From the NCBI GenBank assembly GCA_038237845.1, contig JBBRYH010000002.1, positions 51,384 to 115,383 of the forward strand: a stretch of 64,000 bases of DNA, in the 5' to 3' direction. This document shows, piece by piece, positions 46,385 through 56,154 of this stretch. The position numbers and the translations under genes were made by a program. The first letter of the stretch is position 1; each line of letters opens with the position of its first letter. The stretch comes from Bacteroidia bacterium (GTDB lineage: Bacteria > Bacteroidota > Bacteroidia > Palsa-965). The notes beneath the pieces are model-generated. The model did no database searches, had not been told where the DNA came from, and saw only the letters and a list, made by a program, of their open reading frames with translations.

Positions 46385-48784
46385 TTATTGTTTTACAAAT
46401 CTAGCTACACGACTATTTCCTTTGCTATCCAGTAACTGAATTAAATAAATTCCCGCTGATAGATTTCCGATTTCCAAAGTCAGCATTTTTGAATATGGTA
46501 CGGGCGTAACTTTTTTTACAATTTTCCCATTTGTATCAAATATCTCTACAGACAAATAGGTATTATTTTGTTCCGAAAAATCAATATGAATCTGATCAGT
46601 TGAAGGATTTGGCCAAATAATTATGGGTTCAGGAAAAATGCCATTTTCCGTCACATCCGTTACCCAAGCAATATTCAACATTGCAAGATTGGGGTGATAC
46701 TTATAACCAATGGTTGCAAAATTTCCACCAACATACAATTGATTTTGAGAAACCTGCATCGTTTCAGGAAATGAATTAGGCGAAGGAGACCAAGCATCAT
46801 ACAAACCATCGCCTAAATCATAATTACATAAATACGGTTTTATTAAATTTCCATTTACCACAGTGAATGCACCTGCAATAAATAAGTCATTGTTCCATCT
46901 TGCAAACCCATGTATGTAATTTCCAATAACAGGATTAAATGGCAACAGATTTCCTGTTGTTGTGTCCACTGCGGCAAAATAATTTCTGCTTTGTCCAGAA
47001 ACATTCAAAAACCATCCACCTAAATATAGTTGATCATTAAATAAATCAATATCATAAATCCCATCGTCAGTATTGCAAACCCATGACCAGTCTGCAAGCC
47101 CAGTTGATTTACTTAAACGTGCCAGATTATCTCTGAATTGACCGCCACATTGCGTAAAAAATCCTGCAACATAAACATTGTTGTTATCAAGAATAATTTT
47201 GTTTACTGTTCCGGCAGACCCAGGATTCCAAAGCGTGGCACTCCCTGTTGAAATATTTACACTTCCGATATTATTTCTACTTTGATTTCCCAGCGTGGTA
47301 AAATTTCCTCCAAGAAATAAATTTGTATTGTCAGAAACCATTGTACGTACAGCTCCATTTATTCCTGGATTAAACGCATTCAAAGATCCGCTCGAAATAT
47401 CCATGGAAGCAAGTTTGCTTCTTGACAGGCCATTAATAGTATTGAAACTGCCGGCAATGAAAAGATTTGTATTATCAATAGCCAAACAATTAACAGGTAA
47501 ATCGACAATTGGATTCCAGTTTGTAGCAATCTTCGAATTTATATTAATAGAACACAGATTTTTTCTTAAAACACCACCAGCTCCAGAAAAATCTCCTCCA
47601 ATCCAAACTTTGCCTGCAATATTTGCTGGAAGAATTGAAGTTGCACCATTATTAAGTTTCGGATTCCAAACGATTACAGTCCCAAGAGAATCCAACAACA
47701 CCTTCCCTGCATTATAACAAGTATCCGTTCCAATTTTATGAAAGGTTCCTGCAACATACAATGAGGTAGAATCTTCATTTGGAGCAATGTCATATACCAC
47801 ACCATCTGCAGAAGGATTCCAAGCTTTCAAATTCAAGAGAGTATCCAAACAGGCAAGATGCATTCGTGAAAGAGAATGTGATGTGGTAAAGTTTCCTGCA
47901 ATAAAAATTTCATCTCCAATAATTTCAACATCTTTTACAAAACCATTCAATTGCGCATTGTATTGTTGTTGTACAACACCTGAAGTGAGATCAAGAAGTC
48001 CAATGCCGGGTGAGTTATAACTTGCAAAAGCTAAAAAGTCACCAGCAACAAAAAGTTTGTTATGAAATATTGAAATAGATTTTACTGGACCAAATACTTG
48101 AGGAATCGCAGTCCACACAGAATTACCCCAGCCGCGATAGGTACCATTAATCGGATCTAATTTTCCCAAATAAGAAATGACACCATTCCCAACAGAAGTA
48201 AAATCGCCGCCTACAATTACAGAAAAGCCAACTACATCAGGACACAAAGAATAAATCGGACCATCGGCATTTGGATCGAAAGGAGTTATAGAATCATCAT
48301 CGAGCGTAATTGCAGCACCACGAAGTCGCGTCTCTCCACCAAAAATTGTAAAATCACCTCCAATAAAAAGAGTATTCCAACCAATAGATAAATCAAAAAC
48401 TTCTCCATTGGGATTAGGAATAAAATTCACATCCACATTTCCTTGAGGCGTTAATCTAAATAAATTAAAACAGTCAATGTTGCCAACTTTTCCAAATAGT
48501 CCGCCGACATAAATGAATCCTTGAGTGTCTCTAATCATACAATTTATTTTCCCATTAACCTTGGGAAAATTTGTCGCAAGAATTGCATTGGAAGAATCGA
48601 GAGCAATAAAATTTCCAGTTACAGGAGCTACCTGATCGAAATTTCCGCCTACAAACAATAAACTATCTTTTAATGCAATGGCGTTTACAGGTCCGTTGGG
48701 CGACCACAAAGTTGTATCGGTAATCTGAGCATTACTCCTGATTCCGCATAAAACAAGCCCTAAACATACCAGTAATATCCTCAT
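46385..48784 (-). CDS. T9SS-secreted beta-propeller repeat protein
   Basis: Signal peptide ending SNA-Q; many WNP..NG.V......LYVGG.FT...G..R..LA repeats; CTD IWPNP...GIYLIQ......RFVKQ. Confidence 0.88.
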   Translation of the reverse strand: MRILLVCLGLVLCGIRSNAQITDTTLWSPNGPVNAIALKDSLLFVGGNFDQVAPVTGNFIALDSSNAILATNFPKVNGKINCMIRDTQGFIYVGGLFGKVGNIDCFNLFRLTPQGNVDVNFIPNPNGEVFDLSIGWNTLFIGGDFTIFGGETRLRGAAITLDDDSITPFDPNADGPIYSLCPDVVGFSVIVGGDFTSVGNGVISYLGKLDPINGTYRGWGNSVWTAIPQVFGPVKSISIFHNKLFVAGDFLAFASYNSPGIGLLDLTSGVVQQQYNAQLNGFVKDVEIIGDEIFIAGNFTTSHSLSRMHLACLDTLLNLKAWNPSADGVVYDIAPNEDSTSLYVAGTFHKIGTDTCYNAGKVLLDSLGTVIVWNPKLNNGATSILPANIAGKVWIGGDFSGAGGVLRKNLCSININSKIATNWNPIVDLPVNCLAIDNTNLFIAGSFNTINGLSRSKLASMDISSGSLNAFNPGINGAVRTMVSDNTNLFLGGNFTTLGNQSRNNIGSVNISTGSATLWNPGSAGTVNKIILDNNNVYVAGFFTQCGGQFRDNLARLSKSTGLADWSWVCNTDDGIYDIDLFNDQLYLGGWFLNVSGQSRNYFAAVDTTTGNLLPFNPVIGNYIHGFARWNNDLFIAGAFTVVNGNLIKPYLCNYDLGDGLYDAWSPSPNSFPETMQVSQNQLYVGGNFATIGYKYHPNLAMLNIAWVTDVTENGIFPEPIIIWPNPSTDQIHIDFSEQNNTYLSVEIFDTNGKIVKKVTPVPYSKMLTLEIGNLSAGIYLIQLLDSKGNSRVARFVKQ

Positions 48785-48897
48785 TTTGACCGTTCATTAA
48801 GGCAAGTCTGCCGATTCAAAAATAGGTAATCATTCACTCGAAAAAAACTTAGTATCTTCGCCATGCTTTAAAAACACTTCCGTTTAACGGATTACCA

Positions 48898-49950
48898 ATG
48901 AAAAAACTAATTCTTTTCTGTTCCCTCGGCTTCATTTTTTCAACCTGTTCCACTGATCTTGATATTCTGGATGATTGGAAAGAAACAATGGTTGTTTATG
49001 GACTTTTAGATACAACACAGGCCAAACAATACATTCGAATTGAAAAGGCATTTCTCGGGCCTGACAATGCACTTTCAATGGCACAAAATTATGACTCCAT
49101 TAATTATCTAAACAACCTTGATGTTTGGTTAAAAGAAATTGATGCAAATGGTATTCTTGTCATGGCTTACCAATTGAGTCCTGATACTTTAACCAATAAG
49201 GATGATGGTATTTTTGCTTTTCCTCAGCAGGTTGTCTATTCTATGCCAACTGCGAATTCTTTACCCTTCCTTTCTACACATTCCTACAAAATAGAAGTGA
49301 CTAACCTTTCTACAGGAGTTACAGTGAATGCTACCACATCTTTAGTTGGTGATTTTATTATTTCTCGTCCTTCCGGCACAACACTTGACATTAGAAAAAT
49401 TACTGTCAATAGCCAGATTATTATGGAATGGAATGGTTCTGCTAACGCTCGTGTCTATCAAATTGCTGGTCGTTTCCATTATCGTGAACGGGATCAAAAT
49501 AATGTCATTACAAACAAGGTTACTCCTGATTGGATGATTAGAACTGTTAAGACAGAAGAAAACAATTCAACTACTTTACAGCATATCGATTTTGATCCTA
49601 ATAGCTTTTATAAATTCCTTTCGACAATATTGGTCAATGACCCCAATGTTAGTGCGAGAGAAGCTGATTATATTGAATTCGTTGTTTATGCGGGTGGTGT
49701 AGAACTCAACACGTACATGGAAGTGAATGCACCATCAACCACTTTAGTCCAAGAAAAGCCAACTTATACGAATATCAATAATGGTCTTGGTCTATTTTCT
49801 GCCCGTTATCAGAAATTTACAAATCCAATGACTTTGACTTTGTCAACAGAGGATACACTTGCGATGGGTCGATACTCTTGTCATCTTCAGTTTCTGGACA
49901 GAAACGAAACCATTCTTAATAATTCGGATTTACCTCCGGGCTGCCAATAA
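48898..49950 (+). CDS. lipoprotein, DUF4249-like, paralog of 45382..46380
   Basis: Lipobox FSTC, VYGLLD, YIRIEKAF, YTNINNGLGLFSAR. Confidence 0.75.
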   Translation: MKKLILFCSLGFIFSTCSTDLDILDDWKETMVVYGLLDTTQAKQYIRIEKAFLGPDNALSMAQNYDSINYLNNLDVWLKEIDANGILVMAYQLSPDTLTNKDDGIFAFPQQVVYSMPTANSLPFLSTHSYKIEVTNLSTGVTVNATTSLVGDFIISRPSGTTLDIRKITVNSQIIMEWNGSANARVYQIAGRFHYRERDQNNVITNKVTPDWMIRTVKTEENNSTTLQHIDFDPNSFYKFLSTILVNDPNVSAREADYIEFVVYAGGVELNTYMEVNAPSTTLVQEKPTYTNINNGLGLFSARYQKFTNPMTLTLSTEDTLAMGRYSCHLQFLDRNETILNNSDLPPGCQ

Positions 49951-49970
49951 GATTTTAGAAGTTAATTATG

Positions 49971-50000
49971 AAACGGCACTTCCTATTGAAGTGCCGTTTT
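49971..50000 (+). terminator. intrinsic terminator
   Basis: AAACGGCACTTC-CTATT-GAAGTGCCGTTTT perfect stem. Confidence 0.75.
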
Positions 50001-50059
50001 GTCATGTACAAACCCCTTATAATTCAGGGTTTCCTGTCAAATATGCCCTAAATAACGGG

Positions 50060-50075
50060 TGGCATAACTATTGAC
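50060..50075 (+). promoter_or_regulatory. sigma54-like -24/-12 promoter upstream of dnaK
   Basis: TGGCA-TAACTA-TTGAC compared with consensus TGGCA-N6-TTGC; 40 nt before the ATG. Confidence 0.55.
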
Positions 50076-50115
50076 TATTAGGCCTTGTAATTATTAAATA
50101 AAAACACATAATAAC

Positions 50116-52023
50116 ATGGGCAAAATCATAGGAATCGATTTAGGAACAACAAACTCTTGCGTATCTGTAATGGAAGGTAATGAGCCGGTTGTAATTCCAA
50201 ATAGTGAGGGTCACAGAACTACTCCTTCTATCGTGGCATTTGTTGAAAACGGAGAACGTAAAGTAGGTGAACCTGCCAAACGTCAGGCGATAACAAATCC
50301 TACAAAAACTGTTTATTCAATTAAACGTTTCATGGGTCACCTTTTTGAAGAGGTCACCGTTGAAGCAACTCGAGTACCGTATAAAGTTGTAAAAGGGGAC
50401 AACAACACTCCACGCGTTCAAATTGATGATCGCAAATATAGTCCGCAAGAAATTTCTGCAATGATTCTTCAGAAAATGAAGAAGACTGCTGAAGATTATC
50501 TTGGAACCGAAGTAACAGAGGCAGTTATTACTGTTCCTGCATATTTTAACGATGCACAACGTCAGGCTACAAAAGAGGCTGGTGAAATTGCCGGATTAAA
50601 AGTCCGTCGAATCATCAATGAGCCTACCGCAGCAGCACTTGCTTATGGTCTCGACAAAAAGAATCAGGAAATGAAAATCGTTGTTTTTGACTGCGGTGGT
50701 GGAACTCATGATGTTTCCGTTCTTGAATTAGGCGATGGAGTATTCGAAGTAAAATCTACGGATGGCGATACACACTTAGGTGGAGATGATTTCGATCAAA
50801 AAATTATTGACTGGTTAGTAGCCGAATTCAAATCTGAAAATGGTTTAGATCTTTCTAAAGATCCTATGGCACTTCAGCGTTTGAAAGAAGGTGCAGAGAA
50901 AGCGAAAATTGAATTATCAAGCGCAGCATCTACTGAAATCAACTTGCCTTATATCATGCCGGTCGATGGAATACCAAAACATCTTGTGCGCACGCTTACA
51001 CGTGCAAAATTTGAACAACTTGTTGATGATTTGATTCGTCGTACGATTGAGCCTTGCAAAACTGCATTGAAAAATTCAGGTTATAGTGTAAGTGATATCA
51101 ATGAAGTAATTCTTGTTGGAGGATCAACACGTATTCCTGCAATTGTTGATGCAGTTCAAAAATTCTTCGGTAAAGCGCCTTCAAAAGGTGTAAATCCGGA
51201 TGAAGTTGTTGCAATTGGAGCAGCCATTCAAGGAGGTGTATTAACTGGAGAAGTAAAAGATGTATTGTTACTTGATGTATCTCCACTTTCACTAGGGATC
51301 GAAACTTTCGGTGGCGTTTGTACAAAACTTATCGAAGCAAATACAACGATTCCAACAAAAAAATCAGAAACATTTTCTACCGCTTCCGATAATCAACCTT
51401 CTGTAGAGATTCATATCCTACAAGGCGAGCGTCCGATGGCAAAAGACAATCGTACACTTGGAAGATTTGTCCTTGATGGAATTCCTTCAGCACCACGTGG
51501 AACACCACAAATTGAAGTAACATTTGATGTGGATGCTAATGGTATTCTAAATGTTAGTGCAAAAGATAAGAACTCAGGTAAATCGCAGAACATTCGCATT
51601 GAAGCTTCAAGCGGGCTCTCGAAAGATGAGATTGAAAAAATGAAACGTGAAGCTGAACTCAATGCTGATGCAGATAAAAAAGCAAAAGAAGAAGCTGAAA
51701 AAATCAATCAGGCTGACGGACTTATTTTCCAGACCGAAAAGCAATTGAAAGAGTACGGCGACAAACTTCCTGCGGATAAAAAAGCTCCGATTGAAGAAGC
51801 TCTTGCAGAATTAAAAACTGCACATGCAGATAAAAACATTCCCGCAATTGATGCTGGTCTTGCAAAGTTGCAAACTGTTGTGCAAGGAATGTATGAGGCA
51901 ATGAAAGGTGCAGAAGGTGCTCCTGGAGCTGAAAATGCTAATCCGAATCCGGAACAAAACGGAAAAGATTCTGAAGTGCAGGATGTAGATTTTGAAGAGG
52001 TGAAAGAAGAAGAGAAAAAGTAA
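50116..52023 (+). CDS. dnaK: chaperone DnaK (Hsp70)
   Basis: [39 protein letters not shown]. Confidence 0.99.
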   Translation: MGKIIGIDLGTTNSCVSVMEGNEPVVIPNSEGHRTTPSIVAFVENGERKVGEPAKRQAITNPTKTVYSIKRFMGHLFEEVTVEATRVPYKVVKGDNNTPRVQIDDRKYSPQEISAMILQKMKKTAEDYLGTEVTEAVITVPAYFNDAQRQATKEAGEIAGLKVRRIINEPTAAALAYGLDKKNQEMKIVVFDCGGGTHDVSVLELGDGVFEVKSTDGDTHLGGDDFDQKIIDWLVAEFKSENGLDLSKDPMALQRLKEGAEKAKIELSSAASTEINLPYIMPVDGIPKHLVRTLTRAKFEQLVDDLIRRTIEPCKTALKNSGYSVSDINEVILVGGSTRIPAIVDAVQKFFGKAPSKGVNPDEVVAIGAAIQGGVLTGEVKDVLLLDVSPLSLGIETFGGVCTKLIEANTTIPTKKSETFSTASDNQPSVEIHILQGERPMAKDNRTLGRFVLDGIPSAPRGTPQIEVTFDVDANGILNVSAKDKNSGKSQNIRIEASSGLSKDEIEKMKREAELNADADKKAKEEAEKINQADGLIFQTEKQLKEYGDKLPADKKAPIEEALAELKTAHADKNIPAIDAGLAKLQTVVQGMYEAMKGAEGAPGAENANPNPEQNGKDSEVQDVDFEEVKEEEKK

Positions 52024-52095
52024 TCCTTCGATATGTCCCTTTTTAAATTGCAGGGACAAATCAAGATTACAAATTGAGTAAATTAAAATAGAACG

Positions 52096-52132
52096 GCCGC
52101 TTCTGTGAGAAATCTACAGAAGCGGTTTTTTT
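52096..52132 (+). terminator. intrinsic terminator of dnaK
   Basis: CCGCTTCTGT...ACAGAAGCGG followed by a T7 tract. Confidence 0.85.
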
Positions 52133-52216
52133 ATTACACAATGCTGAACTCTTAGTAAATTTGAAATTTTCACATTAGCAATCTACACCTCTATTTTCTT
52201 GAGTATCTTTCAAGCA

Positions 52217-53326
52217 ATGAAAGACGCTCTCCGCGGATTAACTTTTATTTTGCTCCGTATCTTCCCTCTTGTTCTTATACTGGCAATGATAGGCGGTTTT
52301 ACCTATTATTCTTTTCATGTTCCTTTCATGTTGGATGATTTTGCATTCCGCACTGCAATGGATGAAAAAGGCATTCTAGAAAATGTTTCTTTCTTTTATA
52401 AAACATTTAACGGCCGATTTTCTTCGCATTTCTTTTTGTGCACAGTAATAGACATTTTTAATCGTCACGAATCGTTGCTTTTCATTTATCGATTCACGAT
52501 GCTTTTCTTATTTGTCATTTCACTGGCTCATCTCATTAAAAATTATCTGAGGGTATTTAGGAATAAAACTATTGACCTTTTTCAATCTTACTTCTGGTCA
52601 GCATTTATAACTTCTTTTCTTTTCTTTTTTTACTTTGCAGGGCGAATAGAATTGTGGTTTTGGATTTCCTCTACAGGAGTTTATCTGATCAGTCTTATTA
52701 TTGGAATGACTGCATTTTCACTTTTGCTTTCCGAAAAATCCTCAAAATGGAAATTGATTCTTGTGGCTATTTTATTTTTCCTTATTGGCGGATTATCAGA
52801 ATCGTATGCAATAATGTATTTAATTATTCTTCTTTTCCTTGCATTAAAACACATTAGAAATAATGCTTTTATAAAAAAGAATAAATTTAATTTTCGCTTG
52901 GTCTTAACCTTCTTAATCCTGGGATTGATTCTTAATTTGATTTCTGTTGGATCACACAACCGTTTAAATCAACTTCAGGAATTTGCATTTCCATATGCAT
53001 TTAAAAACACATTACATTCTCTGGCATTTGTTTTTTTGCGCTACAAATATTTTCTTTTGGAACTAGGGCTTACATTAACATTAATCCTATTTTCTCAATT
53101 TCATTACCCGAAGAATTTCCAAGGCTGGAAACATTTTTTTTATACCTCATTTATCGTTTTTATTTTCATTTTCATTTCCTTCCTTATGCCTTGCTATATT
53201 TTATCAGACATCGTTCCGGATCGGGCTGCTGCTTTTGGGTATTTTGCTGGTGTATTATTCCTATTCGATTATTTTATTTTCAGAAGCAATTTAATTTTAG
53301 TAAATAAAAAAAGGCTACTCCATTAA
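52217..53326 (+). CDS. polytopic membrane protein, GT-C-fold glycosyltransferase-like
   Basis: DD motif (LDDF) after TM1, NGRF, about 10 TM helices, Phe-rich. Confidence 0.6.
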   Translation: MKDALRGLTFILLRIFPLVLILAMIGGFTYYSFHVPFMLDDFAFRTAMDEKGILENVSFFYKTFNGRFSSHFFLCTVIDIFNRHESLLFIYRFTMLFLFVISLAHLIKNYLRVFRNKTIDLFQSYFWSAFITSFLFFFYFAGRIELWFWISSTGVYLISLIIGMTAFSLLLSEKSSKWKLILVAILFFLIGGLSESYAIMYLIILLFLALKHIRNNAFIKKNKFNFRLVLTFLILGLILNLISVGSHNRLNQLQEFAFPYAFKNTLHSLAFVFLRYKYFLLELGLTLTLILFSQFHYPKNFQGWKHFFYTSFIVFIFIFISFLMPCYILSDIVPDRAAAFGYFAGVLFLFDYFIFRSNLILVNKKRLLH

Positions 53327-53340
53327 GAATAACCTTTTTT
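53306..53340. terminator. weak bidirectional terminator
   Basis: AAAAAAAGGCTA...TAACCTTTTTT between convergent genes. Confidence 0.45.
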
Positions 53341-53360
53341 CATTGATACTATTTAATTTT

Positions 53361-55340
53361 TTAATGTACAATCACTATTCGTTCTGTACCGATGATTTCA
53401 CCATTTTCAGATTTCACTTGCACAAAATAAAGACCTGTACTTAAATGAGAAACATCAATCGATTTATTTGCATTTAAATGTTGTGGAGAAATGACTACTC
53501 TACCACCGAGATCGATAATGTCCACTAAACTATTTTCATTATCGTTATTTAATCCTGAAATAATAATCATATCATTGGCAGGATTCGGATAAACTGAAAA
53601 AGTATTTCCAGAACTTGCTTCATGAATACCAGATTGATCCTGACTTGCAGGATAACGCCCCCCAAAAACTGGCCGCATCATCAATGAACCATCAAAAATG
53701 GATTGGTTCCAATTTCCAGAAGTGTTGTAATAGATTTTATCTGAATGATCTGTATTATAATCAAAACCAATATATAAACGATCAATAGCCTGTTGTTCCC
53801 AACCTATATAATAAGTTTGACCGGCACTTAGTTGTATTACAACACTATCAATATCGTAACTGAAAAAACGATTCATGGTTTCAAAATTGTAATCAGGTGT
53901 CTGATGTGTTTTAGAATAAATCACTGTTCCTGGCTGATTTCCGCCATCAGACCAGACTTTCAATGTAAATTCTCGAAGCAATAAATTTGTGATATCATTT
54001 ATTGGAAGAAAATACATCTGAATAGCAGTCAAAGTATCCACTGCTCCAATTGGCATACTTGGTGGCATGGTGAATTTATACGCCAACTGCGAATATTGTC
54101 CGTATAATCCATATCCTACTTCTGCGGTTCCATCATCATAAGCATAATAATTATAAAAAGACTGGTGAAAATCTGCAGAGTCAACACGAGCACCATCAAT
54201 TAGTTTATGTCGGATCGTGTAATATCCAGAATCCCCAGAATTGAAAGTTAAAAAACCAGGAAAATTAGTTGGATAAATAGCAGGATGCGAATGTGCAGGA
54301 GTATTGCTATACCCAATTTGATTAAATGGTAAGAGGGTTGCTCCGCCTCCTGAATAATTATAAATAGAAGTTCCGGCTTCATCCAGAATATCATATTTAT
54401 AAGTAACATTTCTACCCGTACTGACGGTGTCATTATTTCTAATTGTAATTCCTACAAAATCAATCATACTTTGATTGGGTTTGTAATGACGAGCAGGCAT
54501 AGATTGAAAATCAGTAATGAAAGAAGGCATTTCATAAACAAAAGATGCTTCTTTGACAATGGAATCATTTATTGATCTTGCCGATTTCAAATAAACATCA
54601 TCAAGGTGCCAATGGTCATTACTTCCACTTTGCGTTGCGTAATTATGAAAACGGAATCGAAAACCGGAAGTAAAATAAGAAGCACTATCTAACTTGACTA
54701 GAACTAAATGAAAACTAGTATCTGATCCTGCATTGTATCCTTCTTTAAACCAGATTTTTTTCCAATTCAAACTAAATTGATTTGCATTCCAGGCAGGAAT
54801 ATTAAAATCTAACAAAAAAGAATCCTGCGCATTCGGCATATATCCACGACCACCGGGTTGATACCAAAAACTCAGATAAACTGAATCTCCAACTGTAAAT
54901 CCCGTTAAGTCAATTGGTCTTGACATTAATTCATCACACCGTCCGGTACTTGAAGCAGAAGCCAATGTTACGTATGGTTCACCATTCCATTGTAATCCAT
55001 CAAACGTACAAACACCAATATTTATCGGAGAAATGGCCCAAGTTCTATTGATAAAAACACCTGGTCCTACTAAATTTGAAATAATTGATCCATCCAATTC
55101 CCACAACGAGGTATCAGGTCGATGCGACTCGTAATCAAATTTATCTCTAAGTCCTAAAGAAGTCAATACGATTGTATCTGTAGGAAATGACGCTGCAGAT
55201 CGTTGGCTTGCAAACCGCGCTGCATCGGCAATTTGTATTGGATTGGCAGACAAAGGAACAAGTACTTCCTGTGCCATAAGATTTTTGTTTACAAAAATCA
55301 AAGTCATTACAAACGAAAATAGGATAAGGGTCTTCTTCAT
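53361..55340 (-). CDS. T9SS type A sorting domain protein
   Basis: Signal peptide ending LMA-Q, D.WHLD.V, YYAYDDGTAE, GSLMMRPVFG, CTD VYPNPA...GLYFV. Confidence 0.88.
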   Translation of the reverse strand: MKKTLILFSFVMTLIFVNKNLMAQEVLVPLSANPIQIADAARFASQRSAASFPTDTIVLTSLGLRDKFDYESHRPDTSLWELDGSIISNLVGPGVFINRTWAISPINIGVCTFDGLQWNGEPYVTLASASSTGRCDELMSRPIDLTGFTVGDSVYLSFWYQPGGRGYMPNAQDSFLLDFNIPAWNANQFSLNWKKIWFKEGYNAGSDTSFHLVLVKLDSASYFTSGFRFRFHNYATQSGSNDHWHLDDVYLKSARSINDSIVKEASFVYEMPSFITDFQSMPARHYKPNQSMIDFVGITIRNNDTVSTGRNVTYKYDILDEAGTSIYNYSGGGATLLPFNQIGYSNTPAHSHPAIYPTNFPGFLTFNSGDSGYYTIRHKLIDGARVDSADFHQSFYNYYAYDDGTAEVGYGLYGQYSQLAYKFTMPPSMPIGAVDTLTAIQMYFLPINDITNLLLREFTLKVWSDGGNQPGTVIYSKTHQTPDYNFETMNRFFSYDIDSVVIQLSAGQTYYIGWEQQAIDRLYIGFDYNTDHSDKIYYNTSGNWNQSIFDGSLMMRPVFGGRYPASQDQSGIHEASSGNTFSVYPNPANDMIIISGLNNDNENSLVDIIDLGGRVVISPQHLNANKSIDVSHLSTGLYFVQVKSENGEIIGTERIVIVH

Positions 55341-55361
55341 GCTATAACTAATTTACAAACT

Positions 55362-56150
55362 TTAAATCGAATCAACTTTATTTTTATCATTTGTAACTCT
55401 TAAATCAAGCATTGCGCCTTGAATTAATTTCCTATCACGGCCCGGTTTTGGTTCCTGACTGTAAACCGTTGCATTTAAAGTATCCTTTACACCTGGATCA
55501 GCCACTAGCAACCATTCGAGACCTAAATCAATCATTTTTCCTCTTGCTTGTCTGAAAGTCATACCTACCAAATTAGGAACAGGAAATCCTTGTCCACTAT
55601 CCTCCTCACCCCTACCATAATATAATACAACTTTTGCTCCTTTAAGAATCGGAGTACCGGGCTCTATTCGCTTTCCATTATATTCTTGCTTTACAATACA
55701 TCCGTTGCAAGGATTATCAATAATCTGCGGTGCTGCAATCAATCCATAACTTTCACAAACAGCCAATGCTTGACGAAGCGAAAGATCTTCCAGTTTTGGC
55801 ATATTAATACTCGGAGGCAATAAAGCTGTTACGTAGAGATAAACCTTTCTTCCTTCTTTGACTTTTGCGCCTGGCTCAGGATCTTGTTTTAAAACTATTC
55901 CTTTTTCAATTTTAGGATCCCAAAGCGAGTCGATAATTTCGTAATCTATTTTTTTATCGGAAACAAAAGCTTCAAGTTGTTTTAATTTTAAACTTTTAAA
56001 ATCAGGAACTAAAACAAAATCATTGTGTTTAGTATACGAACCTAACCAAGCAAAAATGATGTAGAAAAATAAAGGGAGTGCAACAATTGCAATACCTAAA
56101 TTGATCAGAAATACACGACTTTTTAAAAATGCAATAATATTTTTTACCAT
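55362..56150 (-). CDS. PASTA domain-containing protein
   Basis: N-terminal TM and three PASTA repeats (VPDF...QDP.PG, MPKL, VPNLVG...QEP.PG). Confidence 0.92.
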   Translation of the reverse strand: MVKNIIAFLKSRVFLINLGIAIVALPLFFYIIFAWLGSYTKHNDFVLVPDFKSLKLKQLEAFVSDKKIDYEIIDSLWDPKIEKGIVLKQDPEPGAKVKEGRKVYLYVTALLPPSINMPKLEDLSLRQALAVCESYGLIAAPQIIDNPCNGCIVKQEYNGKRIEPGTPILKGAKVVLYYGRGEEDSGQGFPVPNLVGMTFRQARGKMIDLGLEWLLVADPGVKDTLNATVYSQEPKPGRDRKLIQGAMLDLRVTNDKNKVDSI

Positions 56151-56154
56151 AATC

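Noticed and set aside
51098-52064. Antisense ORFs opposite dnaK
   Set aside because: Shadow ORFs caused by codon bias of a highly conserved gene; no independent protein features.
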